Origin: Syntrophales bacterium
Lineage (GTDB): Bacteria; Desulfobacterota; Syntrophia; Syntrophales; UBA2210
NCBI GenBank assembly: GCA_963666365.2
Contig: CAXXNF010000001.1
Location: forward strand, 1,221,255-1,285,254
Direction of reading: 5' to 3'
Length of the DNA: 64,000 nt
In this document: positions 1-9,763 of the stretch, piece after piece
Position numbering within the stretch: position 1 is the stretch's first letter
How the letters are laid out: each line of letters begins with the position of its first letter
Position numbers and translations under genes: made by a program
Notes under the pieces: generated by a model
What the model was told of the DNA's origin: nothing
What the model saw: the letters and a program-made list of their open reading frames with translations, nothing else
Database searches by the model: none

Positions 1-552
1 CTGAGGATTCACCTGCTCGATCGAGGTCAGAGCCGCGACATGGGGGCGCTCCATGCCAAGCATGGCGGCCACGGCAAGGGCATTTTCCACGATCATGACC
101 TTTTCCACAAGGGAAGGGGAATCGTTAAGATAGGCATCGGTGACCATGGCCAATCGGTTTCTTGCCGCCAGTTCAAAAAGCGCCACATAGCTGGGAAGGC
201 AATTTTTCTTGCCCAGTCCCTTCGGATCAAGCACAGTCCTCACGAATGCCGCCTGCGCGACGGCGCCCTGCATAATCATGTCGGCGTTCCCGGATTTCAC
301 GATTTCCACGGCTCGGCAGAGGGCCTCTTCTTCACTTTGCGTTGTTACTGTTTCCGCCTGCATTTCCGAAAGGATTTCGCGGCACCCCTCCAGATCCTGC
401 TCTCTCCCTACAAACAGAGGGCTGATGAATCCCGCTGCAGAGGCTTTAAGAATCTCATTGACCACATAACCGGAGGGACGACAGACTACCACGAGCCTTC
501 GGCATGGTCCCTTTTTCGCTTTTTTGATGATATCGGCAAATGATGTCAGCAT
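1..552 (-). CDS. phosphate butyryl/acetyl-transferase family protein (3' end outside window)
   Basis: Not in ORF track because it has no stop inside the window. Minus-strand translation from ATG 552..550 reads MLTSFADIIKKAKKGPCRRLVVVCRPSGYVVNEILKASAAGFISPLFVGRE...SGNADMIMQGAV..FVRTVL...SYVALFE...VTDAYLN..PSLVEK..IVENA..VA..LG.E.PHVAALTSIEQVNPQ. This matches the Ptb/PTA_PTB pattern. The listed + ORF 40..543 is its low-complexity shadow. Confidence 0.78.
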   Translation of the reverse strand, partial: MLTSFADIIKKAKKGPCRRLVVVCRPSGYVVNEILKASAAGFISPLFVGREQDLEGCREILSEMQAETVTTQSEEEALCRAVEIVKSGNADMIMQGAVAQAAFVRTVLDPKGLGKKNCLPSYVALFELAARNRLAMVTDAYLNDSPSLVEKVMIVENALAVAAMLGMERPHVAALTSIEQVNPQ

Positions 553-582
553 GTTCCCTGAACCACTCCTCCTTCAATATGA

Positions 583-1179
583 TCAGGAGAGTGTTGCCCG
601 TCTTAAATCATCCCGTGTATTGAGGTTCCGAAACATTTTGCCCTCTTCGTCGAAGGATGTAATTACCGACTCCGGAATTTCCTTCGTTTTGCACTGTTTA
701 TAGAACCCCCGGATCTTCAGCAGATCCTGATCAATAAGCCTGCGGATGAAGGGAAGACATTTTTTTGAATAGATCGCATGAAGGGGCTGAAGCCCCGAGG
801 CAAGGGATGGAACCAGAATATCGTAGGTACGTGGCTGCACCTTCATGTAAGAAATAAATTCTTTATTAAGGAAGGGCATGTCGCAGGGTGTCGCGAAGGT
901 GTGTTCGAAGGCGGCGTAAAAAAGCCCCGTATAGAGCCCGCCGAGAGGACCCTTGCCGGGGAAGATGTCAGTGACGATTTTAACGTCAAACTCCACATAG
1001 GCAAGGGGATCGTTGGTCACCACAATCGTTTCCTCGAATGACTCGCGGAAGATTCCGATAGTCCGCTCAATTATACGCGTACCCTCCACTTCGAGAAAGG
1101 CCTTGTTTTCACCCATGCGCCGGTTCTTTCCCCCGGATAGAATGATCCCCGTCATGGCCTCACTGTGCTTCTCGGACAC
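583..1179 (-). CDS. mobA: molybdenum cofactor guanylyltransferase
   Basis: 198-aa ORF. N-terminal GIILSGGKNRRMGENKAFL nucleotidyl-transferase motif and overall MobA-like length. GTG start at 1179; an ATG at 1155 is an alternative. Confidence 0.8.
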   Translation of the reverse strand: MSEKHSEAMTGIILSGGKNRRMGENKAFLEVEGTRIIERTIGIFRESFEETIVVTNDPLAYVEFDVKIVTDIFPGKGPLGGLYTGLFYAAFEHTFATPCDMPFLNKEFISYMKVQPRTYDILVPSLASGLQPLHAIYSKKCLPFIRRLIDQDLLKIRGFYKQCKTKEIPESVITSFDEEGKMFRNLNTRDDLRRATLS

Positions 1180-1383
1180 CGTCGCTCACTCTCTTTTCTA
1201 TCAATATCCGTGGCTATACACAAGCTCGCTCAGCCTGTCAACATTTCTTCTTTTCTTACCGATATTCCCATTTTTCGTGAGAGAACGCCTTACCACATCT
1301 GAAACGGGTTTCTTTTTCATCTAATCTGTGCTTATATGTGGCCGTCTTGTTCCGACAAGGCATCCTCTTCGAGAGGAATGGCC

Positions 1384-2919
1384 ATGAAACAGAATACTAT
1401 TACTAAAAAAGCATCTGTCCATATCAGCTCATCGCTTCAAGGAAAACCCGACGGCGACGCTCCGCACCTCGACGGTCCCTTTGATGAGGATTTCTACAAA
1501 ATTCTGGCCAATAATTCCCAGGTCGGCGTGTATATCATGCAGGAAGGGAAATTTCTCTTTGTCAACACACGCATTCTCGATTACTCCGGCTATGTGGAAG
1601 AAGAGCTGCTTGCACTGAACTCGACCGACATCATTCACCCCCAGGACAGAGCGATGGTAGCCAAGCAGGCAAGCCGCATGCTGAAGGGCCAGAGGTTTTC
1701 CCCTTATGAATTCAGAGTCATCACCCGGGACGGGCGCGTAAAGTGGATTATGGAGACAATCACATCCATAAGCTTCAGGGGATCGCAGGCCATCCTGGGC
1801 AATTCCATGGATATTACCGAGCAAAAGGAAGCGCGCAAACGCCTTGAAGAACTGGAAGCCCTGGAATCCTCTATTCTTGACGCCATCCCTCAGGCGGTGG
1901 TGGGGCTGCACAACCGACGCATCAATTTTGCGAATCACGCCGTCAGAAACATATTCGGCTGGAGCAGGGAGGAACTCATCGGTAAATACGTAACCATATT
2001 CTACCGCAATGACGATGACGCCGATACGATTGCCCGTCTTTTCTACACAACACTGGAAACACAGAGAACCTTTATTACCGAATTCCCCTGCAGGCGAAAA
2101 GACGGCCGTGAAATTCTCTGCAGGATGAAAGCGTCCCGTATCGGTGAGAAACTTCGGGAACGGCGCATTGTCATAACCTACGAAGACATCACCGAGCAGA
2201 AAAAGGCGGAGGAAGAACTCGAGCGCTCCCATGAAGAACTGAGAAGTCTTTCCACGCACCTGCAACTGGTACGCGAAAAGGAAAGCACCCGCATCGCCCG
2301 CAGGATTCATGACGAGCTGGGGCAATCACTGACGGCTCTCCAGATGGACCTTTCCTGGCTGGATAACCGGCTGCCGAAGCGATCAACTGTCCTCCGGGAA
2401 AAGGCAGGAAAAATGGCCCGTCTGGTCGACTCCACCATTGACAGTGTGCACAGGATCTCCACGGAGCTGCGACCGATCCTGCTCGACGATCTGGGACTTC
2501 TTGCGGCGATTGAATGGCAGGCCAATGACTTTCAGAACCGGTCGGGCATTGCCTGCGAGGTGACCTTTGACTGCAGGGAACGGTCGATCAACAAAGATGC
2601 GGCCACCGCCCTGTTTCGCATTTTTCAGGAGACCCTTACCAATGTCGCCCGCCATGCCAGTGCCACCGCTGTCGCTTTGACATTGAAGGAAACGGGAAAC
2701 GAACTTATCATGGAGGTTGCCGACAACGGGCGCGGCATTACGGACGAACAGATTGAAGATTCCAGTTCCTTCGGAATAATGGGCATGCGGGAACGGGCCA
2801 ACTTTTTGGGCGGCGCCGTTCATCTTAAGGGACAACACTTCAGGGGAACGACGGTCAGTGTCACCATTCCACTGCACCAGGAAGGAGCATCCGATGATAC
2901 GCATTCTCGTGGCCGATGA
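1384..2919 (+). CDS. PAS-domain sensor histidine kinase (HisKA_3/NarX-type)
   Basis: Two PAS-like segments ending in DITEQK. H-box RIARRIHDELGQSLTAL and a HATPase region (NVARHA...DNGRGI...GIMGMRERA). Start set at the ATG 7 nt after GAGAGG; the longer ORF begins at 1336. Confidence 0.85.
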   Translation: MKQNTITKKASVHISSSLQGKPDGDAPHLDGPFDEDFYKILANNSQVGVYIMQEGKFLFVNTRILDYSGYVEEELLALNSTDIIHPQDRAMVAKQASRMLKGQRFSPYEFRVITRDGRVKWIMETITSISFRGSQAILGNSMDITEQKEARKRLEELEALESSILDAIPQAVVGLHNRRINFANHAVRNIFGWSREELIGKYVTIFYRNDDDADTIARLFYTTLETQRTFITEFPCRRKDGREILCRMKASRIGEKLRERRIVITYEDITEQKKAEEELERSHEELRSLSTHLQLVREKESTRIARRIHDELGQSLTALQMDLSWLDNRLPKRSTVLREKAGKMARLVDSTIDSVHRISTELRPILLDDLGLLAAIEWQANDFQNRSGIACEVTFDCRERSINKDAATALFRIFQETLTNVARHASATAVALTLKETGNELIMEVADNGRGITDEQIEDSSSFGIMGMRERANFLGGAVHLKGQHFRGTTVSVTIPLHQEGASDDTHSRGR

Positions 2920-3523
2920 TCACGCCGTTGTGCGCGAAGGGGTAAAACAGATAATTGCCGATGTCCGCGACATGGAGGTAAAAGACGAAGCGACCAACGG
3001 CCAGGAAACACTGCATAAAATATCGAAGCACTCCTATGACGTGATCCTTCTGGATATTTCAATGCCGGGCAGAAGCGGCCTCGAAGTCCTGGAAGAGATC
3101 AAGAATCAGTACCCCCGGCTTCCCGTACTGATACTCAGTATGCATCCCGAAGAACAGTACGCCGTAAGAGCGTTACGCGCCGGTGCATCGGGCTATCTTA
3201 CAAAGGCAAGCGCGCCCCAGGAACTGATCGGCGCCATACGCAAGGCATCTATGGGAGGCAAGTATGTCACCCAGTCTCTGGCGGAAAAACTGGCGCTGGA
3301 GCTCGATCTGGGAACCGAGAAGCCTCGTCACGAACTGCTCTCAAACCGCGAATATCAGGTGATGCTCATGATTGCTTCCGGCAAATCGGTCACGGAAATA
3401 GCAGCCGACCTGTGCCTGAGCGTGAAAACCATCAGCACCTATCGGGGACGCATCATGGAAAAGATGGCCATGAAAAAAAATGCCGAACTCACCCTTTATG
3501 CCGTAGAGAACAAGCTGCTCTGA
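2894..3523 (+). CDS. response regulator, NarL/FixJ (LuxR HTH) family
   Basis: MIRILVADDH...DVILLDISMPG receiver domain plus a C-terminal LuxR HTH (LSNREYQVMLMIASGKSVTEIAADLCLSVKTISTYR). AGGAAGGAG RBS upstream. Overlaps the kinase stop, which suggests translational coupling. Confidence 0.9.
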   Translation: MIRILVADDHAVVREGVKQIIADVRDMEVKDEATNGQETLHKISKHSYDVILLDISMPGRSGLEVLEEIKNQYPRLPVLILSMHPEEQYAVRALRAGASGYLTKASAPQELIGAIRKASMGGKYVTQSLAEKLALELDLGTEKPRHELLSNREYQVMLMIASGKSVTEIAADLCLSVKTISTYRGRIMEKMAMKKNAELTLYAVENKLL

Positions 3524-3752
3524 ACCGCTCATCGTGTAAGATAAATCCCGCCGATATCTCAGGCGCCACTACACTAAAAGTCAGACAAATACCGTCATAC
3601 TGTGTATCGACCTTCCGACAGAAGAAAGAGACACCGCCCGATAGATTCTCTATGACAGTCGTGCTAGACACTCTATACTCCTTGATTTCATGGAACCTAC
3701 GGTCTTAGGGGGGGCGGAAGACCTTAGAGCAAATTGATGCAGAGGTAGAGTC

Positions 3753-6434
3753 ATGGCACACAGGATGAGTAAATTTTCTGACAACATGGAAAATGCACCA
3801 CACTTCGAAAACGTGTCTCCCGGAACAGAGCAGACGCTTCTGGGCGCAGAGGAAAAGGCAATCCTCCGCCGGGCGGTGCGGGAAAATCGAAGTTACCTGA
3901 TGGAACACGAATGCAAAGAAATCCTCGAAGGAATGGGCATTATCACCACGGGATTTCTTGTAGCCGCCACGGAGGACGATGCCGTGGAAATGAGCAGGCG
4001 TGTGGGATATCCTGTGGTCCTGAAGATCGTCTCGCCCGACGTGGTTCATAAAACCGACGCCGGAGGCGTCACACTTAATCTGACAGACGATGAGGCCGTA
4101 AGGGCAGCCTATCGGGATCTCATGGAGACATTCAAATATCAGCATATCGTGGGCCTCTCCGTTCAGAGGATGGCGGCGCCGGGAATCGAAGCCATCATTG
4201 GCGTGACGCGCGATCCATCCTTCGGACCCGTCCTTATGTTCGGCCTGGGGGGCGTTTTCGTGGAGGTGCTGAAAGATGTGTCCTTCAGGGTGCTCCCCAT
4301 CACCGAGCGGGATGCCGACGAGATGATCGAAGAAATCAAGGGAGCTGCGCTTCTCAAAGGCTATCGGGGCCATTCCGTTGATATCCCCTCTCTGAAATAT
4401 CTGCTTCTCCGGATTTCACAGCTTGGCGTCGAGCACCCCGAAATCAGAGACCTCGACCTGAATCCCGTATTTCTCTATCCCGACGGGTACCTGACCGTCG
4501 ACGCACGGATTTTTGTCGAAGAAGTCCCTGAGAAAATCCATGAACAGAAACGTGGCTCGGGAGATCTGCGCGACTTCTTCTACCCGCGAAGCATCGCCGT
4601 CCTCGGCGCCACCGATACACAACACAAGCTCGGCTATAATGTCTTTCATAATCTCATTTCTCATGATTTTAAGGGAGCGCTCTATCCGATCAATCCCCGG
4701 AAAGAATCCGTGCTCGGCATCAAGGCCTACGCCTCAATTCTCGATGTGGAAGATCCCGTCGATGTGGCCATTGTTATTGTGCCTGCTGATGCGGCTACTC
4801 GGGCAATAGAGGAATGCTGCGAAAAGGGGGTGCGCTACATTGTTGTTGAAACGGCGGGTTTTGCCGAAACGGGCGACGACGGTAAACGGGCCCAGTCACA
4901 CCTCGAAGAGATCGTGAGGAGCAAGGAGTGCCGCATTCTCGGCCCCAACTGCTCCGGCGTGATCAATACCCATCACCATATGGTGCAATCCCTTGGCATA
5001 CTTGACGATCTCGGCAAGGGAAACGTCGGGCTGATCGCCCAGGCGGGCGTCTATGCCGCCGGCATTCTCACGGGACTTCGCCACATTATCGATTTCGGCA
5101 TCGTGGCAACCATCGGCAACAAAATGGATATCAACGAAACGGACATCCTTGAATATATGGGTGACGATGAACACATCGATGTTATCGCCATGTATATGGA
5201 AGACGTGAAAAGCGGCAAACGCTTTGTCGATGTCGCCGAACGGGTGTCAGCCAAAAAGCCTGTGGTGGTCCTTAAGGCGGGAAGAACGGAAGCGGGTAAA
5301 AAAGCCGTTTCGTCCCATACGGCATCGATGGCCGGCAATGACAAAATAAACAGCGCCGCCTTCAGACAGAGCGGCATTATCAGGGCCCGGGACAATGAAC
5401 ATCTGTTCGCCCTGATGCGGGCGTTCTCAAAACAGCCCATCCCCTGGGGCAGCAGCGTGATGGTAATTACCTACACCGGTTCGCTGGGAGTGGCCGCCAC
5501 GGACATGCTGTACCTCAGCAATCTGAGGCTCGGCGCCCTGGAGCCTTATCTGCAGAACAGACTGCGAAACGTGCTGCCCTCTTATCTGAATATTCAGAAC
5601 CCCGTCGACTGTTCTTTCAGCATGGACCCGGCCCAGGTGAAAAGCCTGATCGAAATCGGCGTTGAAAGCAGCGACGTGGACAGCTTTATCGTCATTATAC
5701 AGGGCGAGATGATGGCCTCTTTCGTGGACACCCTGAAACATATCGATTACCGGGGAAAGCCGATTGTCTGCTGCGTGGCCTGTAAGGAATTCATGATGGA
5801 CAACGTAATAAAAATGGAACAGGCCGGCATCCCCGTCTACTCCACCTCTGAAATGGCGGCGGAGGTGCTGGGTGAGATGTATCGGTACGGCGTCAGACAG
5901 CGCACGACGATCTCCGATTCCATTGCCCGGCATCTGAAACAGGATAGGCTGGTGATTGACAATGTCCCTCTGCGCCTCCGCCTGATCAACCAAAGCGACA
6001 TCGACTCATGGATGAACTTCGTCAACGGCTGCTCTCCTCGTTCCCTGTGGATGCGCTTTTTGTCTCCCTTCGTGCCGACCCCCCAGAGGGCACGGCGTTT
6101 CTGTGATCTCGATCCAGCGCGCGAAGTTGCGGTGGTGGCGGAGATGACCGAGGACGATCACAGCAAATTGGTAGGGATTGCCCGTCTTCTCAAGGATCCC
6201 GGATGCAAGGAGGCTGATTACGCCCTCATAGTAGCGGACCCCTGGCAAAGAAAAATGCTCGGGTGCCTCATGTCGGAACAGTGCCTGGAGCTTGCCCGGC
6301 ACTGGGGCGTCAACAAGGTCAAGGCGGAAACGATTCAGCAGAACTTTCCCATGCTTCGGGTGTTGAAGCACTGTAACTTCTCTCTTGAGTTCAAGGACGG
6401 CAACATGGTCTTCATGTCGCGCGATCTGGAATAG
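3753..6434 (+). CDS. ADP-forming acyl-CoA synthetase-like / GNAT acetyltransferase fusion (Pat-like, permuted domain order)
   Basis: 893 aa. N-terminal ATP-grasp (GYPVVLKIVSPDVVHKTDAGGV), then CoA-binding (PRSIAVLGATD), a ligase-CoA domain with a SSHTASMAG phospho-His loop, and a C-terminal GNAT (VADPWQRKMLG). Confidence 0.85.
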   Translation: MAHRMSKFSDNMENAPHFENVSPGTEQTLLGAEEKAILRRAVRENRSYLMEHECKEILEGMGIITTGFLVAATEDDAVEMSRRVGYPVVLKIVSPDVVHKTDAGGVTLNLTDDEAVRAAYRDLMETFKYQHIVGLSVQRMAAPGIEAIIGVTRDPSFGPVLMFGLGGVFVEVLKDVSFRVLPITERDADEMIEEIKGAALLKGYRGHSVDIPSLKYLLLRISQLGVEHPEIRDLDLNPVFLYPDGYLTVDARIFVEEVPEKIHEQKRGSGDLRDFFYPRSIAVLGATDTQHKLGYNVFHNLISHDFKGALYPINPRKESVLGIKAYASILDVEDPVDVAIVIVPADAATRAIEECCEKGVRYIVVETAGFAETGDDGKRAQSHLEEIVRSKECRILGPNCSGVINTHHHMVQSLGILDDLGKGNVGLIAQAGVYAAGILTGLRHIIDFGIVATIGNKMDINETDILEYMGDDEHIDVIAMYMEDVKSGKRFVDVAERVSAKKPVVVLKAGRTEAGKKAVSSHTASMAGNDKINSAAFRQSGIIRARDNEHLFALMRAFSKQPIPWGSSVMVITYTGSLGVAATDMLYLSNLRLGALEPYLQNRLRNVLPSYLNIQNPVDCSFSMDPAQVKSLIEIGVESSDVDSFIVIIQGEMMASFVDTLKHIDYRGKPIVCCVACKEFMMDNVIKMEQAGIPVYSTSEMAAEVLGEMYRYGVRQRTTISDSIARHLKQDRLVIDNVPLRLRLINQSDIDSWMNFVNGCSPRSLWMRFLSPFVPTPQRARRFCDLDPAREVAVVAEMTEDDHSKLVGIARLLKDPGCKEADYALIVADPWQRKMLGCLMSEQCLELARHWGVNKVKAETIQQNFPMLRVLKHCNFSLEFKDGNMVFMSRDLE

Positions 6435-6693
6435 ATTTTACTGTCCGCTACGGGAGATTCGCCCCTCGATCATATTGATCGACTTCTCCCCGAAAGGGAA
6501 GCTGCTTCCTCGGAGGTTGCAGCTTTCCTTTCTTTTTTTGCAGTCAAACCTTATTGGCCATCAGGTCGTTACGAAAAAAACTTGCGAAAACGCACGCCTG
6601 GTATTAGCATCATCCCTGTTCCATCATTATTGCAACATTGAACCGTTCGATCCGGGAAACCCTATCATGCAAAGGGCAGAAAAGGAGGTACCC

Positions 6694-7515
6694 ATGAATT
6701 ACACCACTATTTTTGTTACGATTGACGAAGGAATCGCCATCATTACCTTGAATCGCCCTGAGGCCATGAATGCCTGGAACGCAGCCATGGCGATCGAAAT
6801 TACCGATGCACTGACTACTCTCGACCGGGATGATACGATTCGCGCCATTGTCGTTACCGGGGCCGGATCTGTTTTTTGCGCCGGCGCCGACCTCTCGGGC
6901 AACGATGCATTCCCTACCGATGAACAGGACTATGCCGGCCTGCGAAGGGCCCTCGGCTTTCCCTCCATCATGCCCCGGCAGCTCAGGAAGCCCGTACTCG
7001 CTGCCATTAACGGCCATGCCATCGGCGTGGGCATTACCTTTCCCATGTCCTGCGATATCCGTTTCGTGGCCGAAGATGCCAAGATCCAGTTCGCCTTCGT
7101 ACGCCGCGGCATTCTGCCGGAGCTTTCGTCCCACATAACCGTGGCGCGAGTGGCGGGCTTTTCCACGGCGGCCGACCTGATGCTGACGGGAAGAGTGATC
7201 AGGGGAAAGGAATTTGCGGCAATGGGGCTTGCCTCCGAGGCGCTTCCGGCAGCCGACGTGCTTCCGGCGACGATTGAACGGGCACGGGAGTTTCATAAAG
7301 CGGCCCCCGTTTCGGTCGCCATATCGAAACGCTTCCTCTGGGAGGGACTCACCTCATCGGCCGCTGAAATCGACGCAAGGGAATTTCCCCTCTTCGTATG
7401 GATATGCGCACAACCCGATGCAGCCGAAGGAGTCATGTCCTTTCTGGAAAAACGGAATCCCCGATGGACCATGAAGGTAACGAGCGACCTTCCCGATCTG
7501 CTTGATAAAAAATAA
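6694..7515 (+). CDS. enoyl-CoA hydratase/isomerase (crotonase) family protein
   Basis: Start ATG 6694 lies 6 nt after AAGGAGG. ITLNRPEAMNAW...FCAGADL crotonase signature. The upstream extension of the ORF (from 6385) is low-complexity. Confidence 0.85.
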   Translation: MNYTTIFVTIDEGIAIITLNRPEAMNAWNAAMAIEITDALTTLDRDDTIRAIVVTGAGSVFCAGADLSGNDAFPTDEQDYAGLRRALGFPSIMPRQLRKPVLAAINGHAIGVGITFPMSCDIRFVAEDAKIQFAFVRRGILPELSSHITVARVAGFSTAADLMLTGRVIRGKEFAAMGLASEALPAADVLPATIERAREFHKAAPVSVAISKRFLWEGLTSSAAEIDAREFPLFVWICAQPDAAEGVMSFLEKRNPRWTMKVTSDLPDLLDKK

Positions 7516-7913
7516 TGTCTTCTACGAATACACCTACTGTTCATTTTACCGATACAACGGGTGGAGCGGTTGCGGCGCGGCAATGGAATTTCGGGGACGG
7601 CGTCACGAGCACCGATCAGAACCTGATCCATACCTACAGTCAGTACGGAAAATACTCCTCATGCCTCACGGTGACCGCACCCTGCGGATCCCGCAGTACA
7701 ACGAAACATCACTACATCTTTGTCTTCCATCAGGGAGTTGACGTCAACGGTGACTCCACAATAGATCTGGCCGATGCGATCACGGCTCTGCAAATCACCG
7801 CCTATCATAAGGATGGGGTCATTCGAACGAATCAGGCACCCGACGTCAACAGCGACGGGAAAACGGGAATCGAAGAGGCGATATATTTACTGCGATGGTT
7901 ATCGGAGGATTAA
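7515..7913 (+). CDS. PKD-domain plus dockerin-like small protein (possible gene remnant)
   Basis: ATG overlaps the upstream stop (ATAATG). WNFGDG...HTY...G.Y...LTV PKD hallmarks, followed by two DxNxDG loops (DVNGDSTIDLADAITALQI, DVNSDGKTGIEEAIYLLRW). No signal peptide. Confidence 0.5.
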   Translation: MSSTNTPTVHFTDTTGGAVAARQWNFGDGVTSTDQNLIHTYSQYGKYSSCLTVTAPCGSRSTTKHHYIFVFHQGVDVNGDSTIDLADAITALQITAYHKDGVIRTNQAPDVNSDGKTGIEEAIYLLRWLSED

Positions 7914-8253
7914 TTTTTTATTTACATTTTCCGCAGAATCTGTTACTGACCATCCAGCACTATGGTCACAGTAATGCGGGCGGTCACCCACCTCCTTCTC
8001 CACGCCCGCATTACACCTCCTATCTCTTCGATACAATTGCATATCATTCAACATTCTTCCGAGTACAGCTTCTTTGAATGCGTTCCTACATCAAGGTCAT
8101 ACAGTGACCCGATTTACATATTTTTTTAAATTTACAAATATTTCGGGATACAGGAACTGCCGTTTTCGAACGAATATTATCGGCAAAACCGGAATAAAGG
8201 AATGGAAAAGAAAAGATAGGGCCTGCAGCTCACGCCGCAAGCCCTTGAAATCA

Positions 8254-8328
8254 TGGTAGGCGGTACTGGATTTGAACCAGTGACTTCTACCGTGTGAAGG
8301 TAGCACTCTCCCGCTGAGTTAACCGCCC
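8254..8328 (-). tRNA. tRNA-Val (anticodon CAC)
   Basis: Minus strand reads GGGCGGTTAACTCAGCGGGAGAGTGCTACCTTCACACGGTAGAAGTCACTGGTTCAAATCCAGTACCGCCTACCA. It folds by hand into a 75-nt cloverleaf: 7-bp acceptor stem (G1-U72 wobble), D stem ACTC/GAGT, anticodon stem CTACC/GGTAG with loop TTCACAC, T stem ACTGG/CCAGT with a TTCAAAT loop, and an encoded CCA. Confidence 0.9.
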
Positions 8329-8512
8329 GGATGAGGCCTGTGACATTATCCTAAAGTGTCGTTGATTGCAAGCCAAAAATCCATGGGAGGCATGATTTTA
8401 AAGGAAGATTGTGCGGTTCAATACCCGTTCTCAAATTGACTTAATTCCTATTTTTTTCTATTATATAGGTGCGGACAAAAAAAGGCCGACAGCGGCCGGA
8501 GGGAGGTTACAG

Positions 8513-8806
8513 ATGAAAGCGAGTATCATTTTTACCGGTACGGGCCCTATTCTTATTCTCACCTCATACGCATCCTTAACTGATCCGGATTTCGTCGATA
8601 AGCTTGCGGCAAAGGGAATCAAAAAGTTCATCGCCTCGGAGCTTCCGCTTGAGGAAGTCAAAAAGAAGTACGGAGAGCACTTTACTATAATTCTGAATGA
8701 CCTGCACCAGACCGACGACCTTCGGGTCCTCGACTACAACGGCTACAACATATTCAATTCTTTCTCCTTTGCAGAAATGGGCAAACCGATTTACTACGAA
8801 CCGTAA
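8513..8806 (+). CDS. hypothetical small cytoplasmic protein (97 aa)
   Basis: ATG 8513 lies 7 nt after GGGAGG. Non-repetitive, balanced composition (MKASIIFTGTGPILILTSY...). No family recognised by eye. Confidence 0.55.
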   Translation: MKASIIFTGTGPILILTSYASLTDPDFVDKLAAKGIKKFIASELPLEEVKKKYGEHFTIILNDLHQTDDLRVLDYNGYNIFNSFSFAEMGKPIYYEP

Positions 8807-8906
8807 GATCTTCTATTGACCGGGCAGCGTGCCGAAAGGAAAAGACAGCATCAACAACGTGCGGGGAGCATTATCGCCAAATCTCCCCGAATGAGGGGGT
8901 GTGTCT

Positions 8907-9683
8907 TTAAAAGCGCCCTTTTCTGCCCTCCCCTTTTTTGAAACGTCGGGCGCCGGCCTGTGATTCGCCGCTTCGAATCACGCCCATGCCGAGCTGGAAT
9001 TCAAGGGCAAGGGCCTCGTCAAAGGGGAGATCGAAGCCGCGATAGACCGCCTCGCGATCGCTGCGAAGGCAGCGCTGGGGAAACGCGGCTATTTCGGCGG
9101 CAAGCGTTTCCGCCACCTGCCGTGCCTGCCCCTGCGGGACCACACGGTTCGCCAATCCCATGGCGAGGGCCTCCTCGGCGTTGACCGGGCGGCCCGTCAG
9201 GATCATGTCGAGTGCCCTGCTCATTCCGATCAGCCGGGGAAGACGCAGGGTTCCCCCATCGATAAGCGGCACACCGAAACGACGGCAGAAGACACCAAAA
9301 ACGGCATCTCTCTCTACCACTCGCAAGTCGCAGAGACAGGCCAGTTCAAGTCCGCCCGCCACGGCATAGCCTGACACGGCGGCGATAACGGGCTTGCTCA
9401 GTCTCATGCGGGTGGGTCCCATAGGACCATCGGCATACATATTTTCCTGAAGACGACTGCCTTCATCTTCGCGCGCCTCGGCGAGCGCCTTCAGGTCGGC
9501 GCCGGCGCAGAAGGTTCCGCCGGCGCCCCAGAGAACTGCCGCTGAAAGGCCCCTATCGCTCTCAAAGGCACGAAAGGCATCGGCCAGCAGCCGGGCTGTT
9601 TTGGCATCGACGGCATTGCGCGCCTCCGGACGATCGATAATAATGGTACAGACAGCATCTTTCCGTTCAATCCGGACTTTCAC
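8907..9683 (-). CDS. enoyl-CoA hydratase/isomerase family protein
   Basis: IIIDRPEARNAVD...FCAGADLK...AVSGYAVAGGLELA crotonase motifs. Start placed at GTG 9683 (gives MKVRIERKDAV...), 9 nt after GAAGAGG. The longer ORF would overlap the upstream gene by 61 nt. Confidence 0.8.
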   Translation of the reverse strand: MKVRIERKDAVCTIIIDRPEARNAVDAKTARLLADAFRAFESDRGLSAAVLWGAGGTFCAGADLKALAEAREDEGSRLQENMYADGPMGPTRMRLSKPVIAAVSGYAVAGGLELACLCDLRVVERDAVFGVFCRRFGVPLIDGGTLRLPRLIGMSRALDMILTGRPVNAEEALAMGLANRVVPQGQARQVAETLAAEIAAFPQRCLRSDREAVYRGFDLPFDEALALEFQLGMGVIRSGESQAGARRFKKGEGRKGRF

Positions 9684-9763
9684 GGCATCGGCCTCTTCGT
9701 GAGAAATTAAAAGAGAAGCCGGCGCCCCCACTGTAGAAGGGAATCCGGCCGTACATATCCTGC

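Noticed and set aside
40-543. 167-aa + strand ORF (His/Gly/Lys-rich) at the left edge
   Set aside because: It is the antisense shadow of the clearly Ptb-like minus-strand gene that runs off the window. Its composition is low-complexity and it has no recognisable motifs.
6385-6693. N-terminal extensions of several track ORFs (for example 6385, 8411, 9824, 10633, 15219, 17317, 17380, 26071, 43264..44010 and 55131)
   Set aside because: In each case an internal start with a good Shine-Dalgarno sequence coincides with the beginning of family homology. The upstream part is low-complexity or overlaps the neighbouring gene.
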